Source of the DNA: the human T2T-CHM13v2.0 reference genome, Homo sapiens
NCBI GenBank assembly: GCA_009914755.4
Contig: CP068257.2
Coordinates: 7,360,001-7,424,000, forward strand
Reading direction: 5' to 3'
DNA length: 64,000 nt
This document shows positions 28,325 through 39,336 of the stretch, piece after piece. Each line of letters begins with the position of its first letter. The stretch's first letter is position 1. Made by a program: the position numbers and the translations under genes. Under the pieces are notes generated by a model. The model had not been told where the DNA came from, searched no databases, and saw nothing but the letters and a program-made list of their open reading frames with translations.

Positions 28325-28683
28325 GAATGTAAAGAATGGAATGGAATAGACTGTAATATAATGGAGTGGAGCAGAGCAGAGTGGCGTAGAGTGGAGTAGA
28401 ATGGAGTGGAGTGGAGTGGAATGGAATGGGAAGGAATCTAATGGTATGAAGTGGAGGGGAGTGGAGTGGAGGGACGAGGGGTGGAATGGAATGGAATTGG
28501 ATGGAATTGGATGGAATTGGATGGAGTGGAGTGGATTGGGGTGGAGAGGAGTGGAGTAGAGTGGAATGGAATGGAATGCAATGGAATGGAGTGGAGTGGA
28601 GCAGAGTGGATTTTAGTGTAATGGAATAGAATGGAATGGAAAGGAATGGAATGGTATTGACTGGAATTATGAAATGAAATATG

Positions 28684-28737
28684 AGCTGAGACTGTGCCAC
28701 TGCACTCCAGCCTGGGTGACAAAGTGAGATCCTGTCG
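28684..28737 (+). mobile_element. Alu 3'-end-like module 2
   Basis: gagctgagactgtgccactgcactccagcctgggtgacaaagtgagatcctgtc. Confidence 0.65.
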
Positions 28738-28949
28738 AAGGAAATGAATGGAATTTAAAGGAGTGGAATGGAATGGAGTGGAATGGAATGGAATGGAGTG
28801 GAGTGGAGTGGAGTGGAGTGGCGTGGAATGGAATTGAATGGAATGGAATGGAGTGCAGTGGAGTGGAGTTCATAGGAGTGGAATGAAATGGGATGGAATG
28901 GAATTGAATGGAATATAATGGAATGGAATGGAATGGTGAAATTAAATGT

Positions 28950-29003
28950 GAGCTGAGATACTGTCACTCCACTCCAGTCTGGGTGACAGATTGAGATCCT
29001 GTC
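28950..29003 (+). mobile_element. Alu 3'-end-like module 3
   Basis: gagctgagatactgtcactccactccagtctgggtgacagattgagatcctgtc. Confidence 0.6.
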
Positions 29004-29062
29004 GAAAGAAAGAAATGGAAAGGAATGGAATGGTATTGACTGGAATTATGAAATGAAATATG

Positions 29063-29116
29063 AGCTGAGACTGTGCCACTGCACTCCAGCCTGGGTGACA
29101 AAGTGAGATCCTGTCG
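29063..29116 (+). mobile_element. Alu 3'-end-like module 4 (copy of module 2 via the 379-bp duplication)
   Basis: Identical to 28684-28737 at offset +379. Confidence 0.65.
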
Positions 29117-29328
29117 AAGGAAATGAATGGAATTTAAAGGAGTGGAATGGAATGGAGTGGAATGGAATGGAATGGAGTGGAGTGGAGTGGAGTGGAGTGG
29201 CGTGGAATGGAATTGAATGGAATGGAATGGAGTGCAGTGGAGTGGAGTGCATAGGAGTGGAATGAAATGGGATGGAATGGAATTGAATGGAATATAATGG
29301 AATGGAATGGAATGGTGAAATTAAATGT

Positions 29329-29382
29329 GAGCTGAGATACTGTCACTCCACTCCAGTCTGGGTGACAGATTGAGATCCTGTC
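29329..29382 (+). mobile_element. Alu 3'-end-like module 5 (copy of module 3 via the 379-bp duplication)
   Basis: Identical to 28950-29003 at offset +379. Confidence 0.6.
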
Positions 29383-29826
29383 GAAAGAAAGAAATGGAAA
29401 GGAATGGAATGGAATGGAGTGGAATGGAATGGAATGGAGTGTGGTGGAGTGGAGTGGAGTGGACTGGATTTGAGTGGAGTCAAATGGAAGGGAGTGGAAT
29501 GGAATGGGGTGGAATGGAATGGAATTGATTGGAGAGAAGTGGAGTGGAGTGGAGTGGAGTGGAATTGAGTGGAATTCAGTGGGATGGAATGGAGTGGAGT
29601 GGAGTGGAATGTAGTGGATTGGAGTGGAATGTAGTGGATTGGAGTGGAATGGAGTGGAATGGAATGGAATAGAGTGGAATGGAATGGAGAGGAGTGGAGT
29701 GGAATGGAGAGGAGTGGAGTGGAATGGAGTGGAATGGGAAGGGATGGAATGGAATGGAATGCAATGGAATGGAATGGAATGAAATGGAATGCAATGGAAT
29801 GGAATGGAATCATGAAATGAAATGAT

Positions 29827-29879
29827 AGCTGAGATTATGACACTGCACTCCATCCTGGGTGACAGAGTGAGGTCTTGTC
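29827..29879 (+). mobile_element. Alu 3'-end-like module 6
   Basis: tagctgagattatgacactgcactccatcctgggtgacagagtgaggtcttgtc. Confidence 0.55.
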
Positions 29880-30116
29880 GACAGAAAGGAATAGAATGGA
29901 ATGGTGTGGAATGGAATGGAGTAGAATGCAGTGGATTGGAGTGGAACGGAATGGGATGGGATGGAGTGGAATGGAATGGCGTGAAGTGGAATGGAGTGGA
30001 GTGGAATGGAATGGGATGGAATGGAGTTGAGTGGATTGGATTCAAATTGAATGCAGTGGAGTGCACTGGAGAGGAGTGTAGTGGAATGGAATGGAATAGA
30101 ATGGTGAAATGAAATG

Positions 30117-30169
30117 TGAGCTGAGATTGTGCCACTGCACTCCATCCTGGGTGACAGGTGATATCCTAT
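30117..30169 (+). mobile_element. Alu 3'-end-like module 7
   Basis: gagctgagattgtgccactgcactccatcctgggtgacaggtgatatcctatc. Confidence 0.6.
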
Positions 30170-30393
30170 CGAAAGAAAGGAATGGAACGGATTAGAGTAG
30201 AATGGAATGGAGTGGGGTGGAGTGGGTTGGAGTAGAGTGGAGTGTAGTGGAGTATATTGGAAAGAAGAGGAAGGGAATGGGATGTAATGGAAAGGAATGC
30301 AGTGGAGTGGAGTAGAGTGGAGTTTTGTGGAGTGGTGTGGAATAGAATGGAAAGGAATGGAATGGAATGGAATGGCACGTTGAGATGAAATGT

Positions 30394-30447
30394 GGGCTGA
30401 GATTGTGCCACTGCACTCCAACCTGGGTGAGGGAGTGAGTTCCTGAC
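30394..30447 (+). mobile_element. Alu 3'-end-like module 8
   Basis: gggctgagattgtgccactgcactccaacctgggtgagggagtgagttcctgac. Confidence 0.55.
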
Positions 30448-30650
30448 AAAATAAAAGAATGGAATGGAATGGATTGGAATGAAATGGAATGGAATAGAAT
30501 GGAGTGTAGTGGACTGGAGTAGAGTGGAATGGAGTGGAGTAGAGTGGAAGGGAGTGGAATGGAATGGGATGGAATGGCATGGAATGGAATGGAATGGAAT
30601 GGAATGGAATGGAATGGAATGGAATGGAATGGAGTGGAGTGGAGTGGAGT

Positions 30651-30995
30651 GCAAAATCCTCAATAAAATACTACCAAACCGAATCCAGCAGCAAATCAAA
30701 AAGCTTATCTACCATGATCAAATGGGCTGCATCCCTGGGATGCAAGGCTGGTTCAACATACACAAATCAATACACATAATCCATTATATAAACAGAACCA
30801 ACATCAAAAACCACATGATTATCTCAATAGATGCAGAAAAGCCCTTTGACAATATTCAACAACCTTCATGCTAAAAACTCTCAATAAATTAGATATTGAT
30901 GGGATGTATCTCAAAATAATAAGAGCTATTTATGTCAAACCCACAGCCAATATCATACTGAATGGGCAAAACCTGGAAGCATTCCCTTTGAAAAT
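30651..30995 (+). mobile_element. LINE-1 fragment (ORF2 reverse-transcriptase region), 5'- and 3'-truncated, older L1P/L1M-like
   Basis: It begins immediately at the satellite edge with gcaaaatcctcaataaaatactaccaaaccgaatccagcagcaaatcaaaaagcttatctaccatgatcaaatgggc. ORF 30464-30874 translates the L1 ORF2 motif ...[52 protein letters not shown]... Similarity is lost after ccctttgaaaa at about 30995. Confidence 0.8.
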
Positions 30996-31084
30996 CTCAG
31001 TTACCTTTCTTTTGGATATGTGTGTGAGGAAAGCGTACCGAAAAACTACCCTTTTAGTTAAATGCCATATACAATAAATATTAA

Positions 31085-31265
31085 TACCTACAGTCCTCAT
31101 GTTGTACATTAGATCCCTCAACTTGTTAATTCTACATATCTGCAACTTTGCATCCTTTGAATTCTCTATCTCCATTTTCTCTTCTCACCCCCAGCCCCTG
31201 GTAACCACTGTTTTATACTCTATCTCTGTGTATTTAACTTTTTGTTTTTTTTGTCCTGAGAAGTT
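31085..31265 (+). mobile_element. Possible old L1 3'-UTR fragment (L1M/L1PB-like), perhaps the same element as 30651-30995 after an internal deletion
   Basis: ...tctcttctcacccccagcccctggtaaccactgttttatactctatctctgtgtatttaact... resembles the conserved ccccagcccctggcaaccacc...tactttctgtctctatgaatttgact block of older L1 3' ends. The match is from memory only. Confidence 0.4.
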
Positions 31266-32283
31266 TTTTGGGACTTTCAGATAGGAGATAATATGTTCTG
31301 AGTCTTGGGTATCTCAAATTATAGCAGGTAAGAAGTTTTACTTGTCTGCAGAGCAGAGTGCCAGTGCATAATTTTATGCCGAAGAGGGAATAAAGAGAAT
31401 TCTCTAATTAAAATTTGAATCAGAAATATGGCTATTTTTATGTACAACAATCTCTAAGGCATCTTGGAAAGGAACTAGCTGCCTGATTTTTTTTCATTTG
31501 AATCCACTAATACATGGAGAGGATGATTCTCCCATACCAATCACAAGAATGATATCTGTAGAATCAAAAGTTGAAATCCTATTATCCTAGAACTTTCTTC
31601 AGAAAACTTGAACATGTATTGAAATGTCATGCTGGTCATATATTTTATAACAATGAGGAATTTACTTATTATATACTTTAGATTTTTAGCACTTTCCCTG
31701 CCCACCAGAAATGTTTCTTTTGAATCCAATTTTGTCCTCAGAGATTTAGAATGTTAAGGAATGTATAGGGGTTTCTTTTTTCTTCTTCTTTTTTTTTGTC
31801 AAGCTATTGTATATTTTTACTTTACCTGTTTGGTTATGTAGTTACTATTTGTTTATATTCTCATACCAGAAAAAGAATTATAGTGAATTTTACATGTACG
31901 GAGTCTTCATTAATCTGTATAAACTGACAAGTTGAGAATATCAAAGTCAACACTGTAAAAAATAAAGTGATATTTTATCTGGTCTATCTCCTTGCAAATA
32001 AAAGAACAATAAATTCTGTACTATTATGAAATATATGAGCTTGAAAATTTTTCAAGTGCCTTGTATAGAATGGCCTTTGAATTCAAGGTATAATCTACAA
32101 CAAAACACTTTCGAGATCTAGTTTGATTGCAGAGTGCATTCTTACACATTTATATATTCTCTGCAATTTCTGATTCAAGATATTTCACAATTCTAAAGGA
32201 AAACCAAAATAGAATAATAATTACAAAACAAAATAAAAAGTAATTGAGGAAGATATTTGAGCAACTTATTCTTGACAACTAGC

Positions 32284-33836
32284 TTTTTTTTTTTAATTGA
32301 TCATTCTTGGGTGTTTCTCGCAGAGGGGGATTTGGCAGGGTCATAGGACAATAGTGGAGGGAAGGTCAGCAGATAAACAAGTGAACAAAGATCTCTGGTT
32401 TTCCTAGGCAGAGGACCCTGCGGCCTTCCGCAGTGTTTATGTCCCTGGGTACTTGAGATTAGGGAGTGGTGATGACTCTTAACGAGCATGCTGCCTTCAA
32501 GCATCTGTTTAACAAAGCACATCTTGCACCGCCCTTAATCCATTTAACCCTGAGTGGACACAGCACATGTTTCAGAGAGCACAGGGTTGGGGGTAAGGTC
32601 ATAGATCAACAGGATCACAAGGCAGAAGAATTTTTCTTATTACAGAACAAAATGAAAATTCTCCCATGTCTACTTCTTTCTACACAGACACAGCAACCAT
32701 CCGATTTCTCAATCTTTTCCCCACCTTTCCCCCTTTTCTATTCCACAAAACCGCCATTGTCATGATGGCCTGTTCTCAATGAGCTGTTGGGTACACCTCA
32801 CAGATGGAGTGGTGGCCGGGCAGAGGGGTTCCTCACTTCCCAGTAGGGGCGGCCGGGCAGAGGCGCCCCTCACCTAACGGACGGGGCGGCTGGCTGGGCG
32901 GGGGCTGACCCCCCACCTCCCTCCCGGACGGGGTGGCTGACCTGGCGTGGGCTGACCCCCACCTCCCTCCCGGACGGGGTGGCTGCCTGGCGGAGACGCT
33001 CCTCACTTCTCAGATGGGGCGGCCCGGCAGAGACGCTCCTCACCTCCCAGAGGGGGTCACGGCTGGGCAGAGGTGCTCCCCACATCTCAGACGATGGGCG
33101 GCCAGGCAGAGGGGCTCCTCACATCCCAGATGGGGTGGCAGGGCAGAGGAGCTCCCCACATCTCAGACTATGGGTGGCCGGGCAGAGACACTCCTCACTT
33201 CCTAGATGGGATGGCAGCTGGGAAGAGGTGCTCCTCACTTCCTAGATGGGATGGCGGCTGGGCAGAGACGCTCCTCACTTTCCAGACTGGGCAGCTAGGC
33301 AGAGGGGTTCCTCACATCCCAGACGATGGGCGGCCAGGCAGACGCTCCTCACTTCCCAGATGGGGTGGCGGCCGGGCAGAGGCTGCAATCTCGGCACTTT
33401 GGGAGGCCAAGGCAGGCGGCTGGGTGGTGGAGGTTGTAGCGAGCAGAGATCACGCCACTGCACTCCAGCCTGGGCACCATTGAGCACTGAGTGAACGAGA
33501 CTCTGTCTGCAATCCCGGCACCTCGGGAGGCCGAGGCTGGAGGATCACTCGCGGTTAGGAGCTGGAGACCAGCCTGGCCAACAAAGCGAAACCCCGTCTC
33601 CACCAAAAAAATACGAAAACCAGTCAGGCGTGGTGGCGCATGCCTGCAATTGCAGGCACTCGGCAGGCTGAGGCAGGAGAATCAGGCAGGGAGGTTGCAG
33701 TGAGCCAAGATGGCAGCAGTACAGTCCAGCTTTGGCTGGGCATCAGAGGGAGACCATGGAAAGAGAGGGAGAGGGAGACCGTGGAAAGAGAGGGAGAGGG
33801 AGACCATGGGGAGAGGGAGAGGGAGAGGGAGAGGGC
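32284..33836 (-). mobile_element. SVA retrotransposon (SINE-R/VNTR/Alu-like composite), minus strand, ~1.55 kb
   Basis: The + strand reads, in order: a poly-T tract (32284-32294) and aattga, the reverse complement of the SVA polyA signal and tail. Then the reverse-complemented SINE-R 3' end gggatttggcagggtcataggacaatagtggagggaaggtcagcagataaac (~32295-32790). Then the GC-rich VNTR of ~35-50 bp units cctcacttcccagatgggg.../cccacctccctcccggacgggg (~32790-33380). Then the Alu-like region (~33381-33735). Finally (AGAGGG)n, which is the 5' CCCTCT hexamer in reverse complement, at 33745-33836. Confidence 0.9.
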
Positions 33837-33941
33837 ATTACCTTCTTTTCAAAGGCCTATTTCCTTTGCCTCCGTAACTGTTGTGGGTATTCATGGCTAG
33901 ACTTCTAAACCTCTTAAAACTCCCCAACTCTGGTGCCAACT
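33837..33941 (-). mobile_element. 105-bp non-SVA sequence between the SVA 5' hexamer and the target-site duplication (candidate 5' transduction)
   Basis: The TSD copies TTGACAACTAGCTTTTT lie at 32272-32288 and 33942-33958. The segment ggcattaccttcttttcaaaggcc...ctctggtgccaac sits inside the duplicated target but outside the recognisable SVA body. Confidence 0.55.
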
Positions 33942-34257
33942 TTGACAACTAGCTTTTTAACAAACAGAAAAGTGCACTAAAAATACTGCCTAGTTGTTTA
34001 AAGTAGGCTGAGATCTGACTGTATCCCCTAAGTGAGTGTCATAAAGAAAAAATTACCTTTGAGGGAGCACAGTGGTTAAATTTAAAAGATTTATTGTTTA
34101 ACTTCAGGAAGACTTTCAGTAACTTTTTATAAATTGTATACAGTTAATGGAAGACATGCTATGCTTCTTGTAAGAATTTGTTCCAAATCACTGTGTATAA
34201 TTAATGGCTTGTCTACATATTTTTTCAATAAAACTGTTCATGCAGAATTTTAAGTAG

Positions 34258-34422
34258 GCACTTTCAGTACCAGAATGAATTTATCTTTGTGAAGATACCA
34301 TTTATGTACCATAACATCCAAAGCATAATGAGGAGATTTTGATACACTGCAGATTTAGAACTGAGTTGGAAAACAAAACTTCAAGATACTGTCTTGTCAG
34401 CAAAAAGCAAATAAATTCATCA
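34258..34422 (+). repeat. Local dispersed direct repeat, copy 1 (~160 bp)
   Basis: ctttcagtaccagaatgaatttatctttgtgaagataccatttatgtaccataacatccaaagcataatgaggagattttgatacactgcagatttagaactgagttggaaaacaaaacttcaagatactgtcttgtcagcaaaaagcaaataaattcatc. Copy 2 lies at 35001-35160, about 90% identical. Confidence 0.8.
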
Positions 34423-35000
34423 CTGTAAGTTGAGATTTAAATTCACAAACTTATAAGCAATAAAATCAAAGTAATTTTATTATAAGTTTTTTGACACCAG
34501 ATTATATGTGGTAAATAATTTACTTTCTAATCAAGCAATTGACACAATAAACCTGAAATAGAGAGTGTTGCCTTTTAATTAACTCATTGTTAAGCAAAGA
34601 ATGGTTGAAGCAGCAGTTGAGAATTATCTTTTTCTCTTTTTGCTGTTCTTACAAGGACAGTTTCTAGAATTGTTTTCAAAACAATAGAACAGAAAATTTC
34701 ACTTACTCATTTAATTTAACTTTTGTTAAAGTACTTTGCCAAAATTAGCAAACTATGAAAGGAAAGTTTGCCTTTTCAATATATATGTAAGTGGCAAGTA
34801 AAAGATGTTCTTAAATCACGTGATCTCATAGAAATAACATGGGATAAAAAGAGTTCTGAAGGTGTTCAGGAAATGCCAGTCCTAAATGGATTGCTTTGGT
34901 GTACTGATTACATCGAACTGAAAATATTTGAAAAACAACAAACGTGGGACATGCTTTCTCTGCACTCCCTTTACGTTCCTCAAGAGAGATCCTCCAAAAG

Positions 35001-35160
35001 GAACTTTCAATACCAGAATGAATGTATCTTTGTAAAGATACCATTTATCTACCATAACATCCAAAGCATGATGAGGAGATTTTTATACACTGCAGATTTA
35101 GAACTGAATTGGAAATCAAAACTTCAAGATACTGTCTTGTCTGCACAAAGACATTCATCT
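35001..35160 (+). repeat. Local dispersed direct repeat, copy 2
   Basis: gaactttcaataccagaatgaatgtatctttgtaaagataccatttatctaccataacatccaaagcatgatgaggagatttttatacactgcagatttagaactgaattggaaatcaaaacttcaagatactgtcttgtctgcacaaagacattcatc. Confidence 0.8.
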
Positions 35161-37235
35161 CCTTCCTAGGAGTTTCATCAGCCAGGGAAAATTGACTCCT
35201 CATATCACAGGAGACAAGACTAAGGGTCCATACCACACTAAGACAGACTGCCACAAACTATCATCTATTCTCCTAAGGGTCTGGTCATCTTTCCCAAAAG
35301 TCATTTGCTCTCCCCTAAGTTTCCTACATTCTTCCTCCTGCCTTCCCTATAAGCTCCTAAATCTCCCTGGGGTTTTTTCTTGGTGGTGTTTTGTTTGTTT
35401 TGTTTTGTTTTTGATTCCACTTTTCTTTCCTGTGATACCCCCATGCGTGTAATAAATGTGTACACATTTTCTTCTTTTGACATGCCTGTTATCCATTTAT
35501 TCAATAGACTCAGTTATCATACCTTCAGAGGGTAGAGGGAAAGTTCTCCAAGTCCAATAGTTCCAAAAGAAAATAGCTAGTAACTGCAAATGCAAAAGTC
35601 ATATAAACTTTGAGACAAAGTTAGCTTCTTAGACGATATGTTCAGAAAGAAGAGGTGTGTTGCACACCAAGGGACATTTCCCTGGTCTTAGCTCCTAAGT
35701 TTCTCTGAGAAGAAACAGTTACTACTACAGCAGTTAAACACCTGACTCCCAAATTATAAAAGCCTAAGTGATGATTTTAAATCATTAATTATCACCTGTG
35801 AATCATAAAGTCTGAACTCTTTAAATTGCAAACACACATATAAAAGGGATTCTTATACAAGGATCCATGAGTGGAACTGCAAAGTTTTGTCAAAATCTGT
35901 ATATATGTTTTCTTTTTAAGGGTCATAGATTTCAATATATGTTAAAAGATATCTGTAGCTAGTAAAGATTAATAACCATTTTCAGTTTTGTGCTGAAATT
36001 GGCAAATCATGGCTTTTCTCCCTCCAACACACCCCCTCCCGCCCCAGCACACCACTGGTTAATCTTTATTTTCAGGAGAGAAAAAGATGTTTCATATTAA
36101 TAAAGGTAGATTATACACTTGTTTGTTTTATACTTTTCCACCTCTTAAGCTTAATCGTGTTTTAATAATATATAATTGAATACATTAACATTTAGATGTT
36201 AGTAAACTAATAACAAATGTTCATGATTTCTCTTGAGTAGAGGAATACAAATTTTGCACCCATTGTTGTATAGAATGATTTTTAGAAGCTCATTCAATCC
36301 CTCAGAAGTTTAAGACTTTCTTTCAAGAATTTATATATAAAATTTTTACTTAGAAGCAGATAGCTCACAAAAAGTATGGGGTTTTTTTTTGGATTATAAA
36401 TAAACTATTCCACTCACCAAGATGCTGAGACATCCTACTTTCTGGTATTTTGAAATGAAAACAAAACACAAGAATGTGACGATGAAGCAAGTGAAAATTA
36501 AAAGGGTACAGACTTTAGAAGTATCATAAGCTAAAAATAAAGTGAAACAAATCTGTAAAGGAACCAGAAGCCCAGGCAGATATAATACAGTAAATTATGA
36601 GAAGCTAAAAAAATGAGGGGGTGACAAACAATAAAGTGAAAATCTCTGATAAAGCCAAAACTATTTGAATGGCAGTCAACAAAACAGAAGAAAAAAATGA
36701 CACTCATAACAAGGCAGAACTATGGAAATGCATCCCTGGGGGTAAGATAATAGAGTTGTGAATTAGTGGAGGCGAATCACCAATACTGGCCAACTAAAGC
36801 CCTCTAACATAATTCAAAGGATGGAGAAATTCTGTAGCTGAAGATAAAATGTCTGAAATATATTATGGTATAGTCAAATGAGTGTCATTTCTAATATACA
36901 CACTTATTTTTCAAGAGTTGATAATATGAAGTAAAAATTTAGTATGCAAAGTTCAAATTTTCCATTTGTTGAGTAATTCATTTTTATTAAATATTTCCCA
37001 ACAATTAAACTAAAGTGGTACCAGAACAGAGTAGACATTCTGAGCTTTCACTTTACAAAAGCTACACATAAATCTACATAATTTTTAAGGGTATAAACAA
37101 AGTCAGAGCCTGTGTGATATTTCAATAAACAATTGGAGAAAATTTTTCTTTAAGAATAGATTATATACATATTGACCTCTTTGAGATCCTTATTTTTTTA
37201 TTTTTTTTTGTGTGTGTGGACATATGTTTTCATTT

Positions 37236-39027
<1,792 letters not shown>

Positions 39028-39034
39028 CTGGGTT

Positions 39035-39336
39035 GTTTTGTTTTGTTTTGTTTTGAGATGGAGTCTCTCTCTGTTACCAGGCTGGAGTACAGTGGCACAG
39101 TCTTGGCTCATGCAACCTCTGCCCCCCAGGTCCAAGTGATTCTCCTGCCTCAGCCTCCCAAGTAGCTGGGACTACAGGCACGTGCCACCATGCCCAGCTA
39201 ACTTTTGTATTTTTTTTAGTAGAGATGGGGTTTTGCCATGTTGGCCAGGATGGTCCCGATCTGTTGACCTTGTGATTTGCCTGTCTCAGCCTCCCAAAGT
39301 GCTGAGATCACAGACGTGAGCCACTGTGCCCAGCCC
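39035..39336 (-). mobile_element. Alu element, minus strand, full-length with a (GTTTT)n-type tail
   Basis: gttttgttttgttttgttttgagatggagtctctctctgttaccaggctggagtacagtggcacag...cctcccaaagtgctgagatcacagacgtgagccactgtgcccagcc. It is flanked by the TSD AATCTGGGTT (39025-39034 and 39339-39348) and sits at the 5'-truncation edge of the preceding L1. Confidence 0.9.

Larger units (their letters stand above)
28637..29413 (+). repeat. Near-identical tandem duplication, 2 x 379 bp (copies 28637-29015 and 29016-29394, with a short shared continuation)
   Basis: Minus-strand ORFs 28667-28873 and 29046-29252 are identical, as are 28755-28967 and 29134-onward. By eye the two copies differ at a single base in the stretches I compared (gagttcatagg vs gagtgcatagg). 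Each copy holds two Alu-tail modules. Confidence 0.85.
28258..30650 (+). repeat. Degenerate edge of the satellite: GGAGT/GGAAT mixed pentamer array interspersed with short Alu-3'-end-derived modules (composite satellite)
   Basis: GGAAT gives way to (GGAGT)n runs (e.g. 28790-28830, 29440-29460, 29540-29720). Eight ~55-bp blocks match the Alu right-arm 3' end (GAGCTGAGATTGTGCCACTGCACTCCAGCCTGGGTGACAGAGTGAGATCCTGTC). A cleaner GGAAT stretch resumes at 30464-30650. Confidence 0.8.

Noticed and set aside
1-30650. CRISPR-like regular repeat array
   Set aside because: The repeat unit is 5 bp (GGAAT) with no 28-37 bp repeats alternating with unique spacers. This is eukaryotic satellite DNA.
32870-33900. 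GC-rich ORFs of 70-136 aa on both strands
   Set aside because: They lie inside the SVA VNTR and Alu-like regions. GC-rich tandem repeats are stop-poor. These are not genes.
34768-35169. 133-aa ORF in unique sequence
   Set aside because: No recognisable domain and a low-complexity, AT-rich context. It overlaps the 160-bp local duplicate. An ORF of this size is expected by chance in 30 kb of AT-rich DNA.
35380-35420. Short (GTTTT)n / T-rich tracts (also at 36376-36390 and 60380-60390)
   Set aside because: Trivial low-complexity runs of under 30 bp. No flanking element structure was identified.
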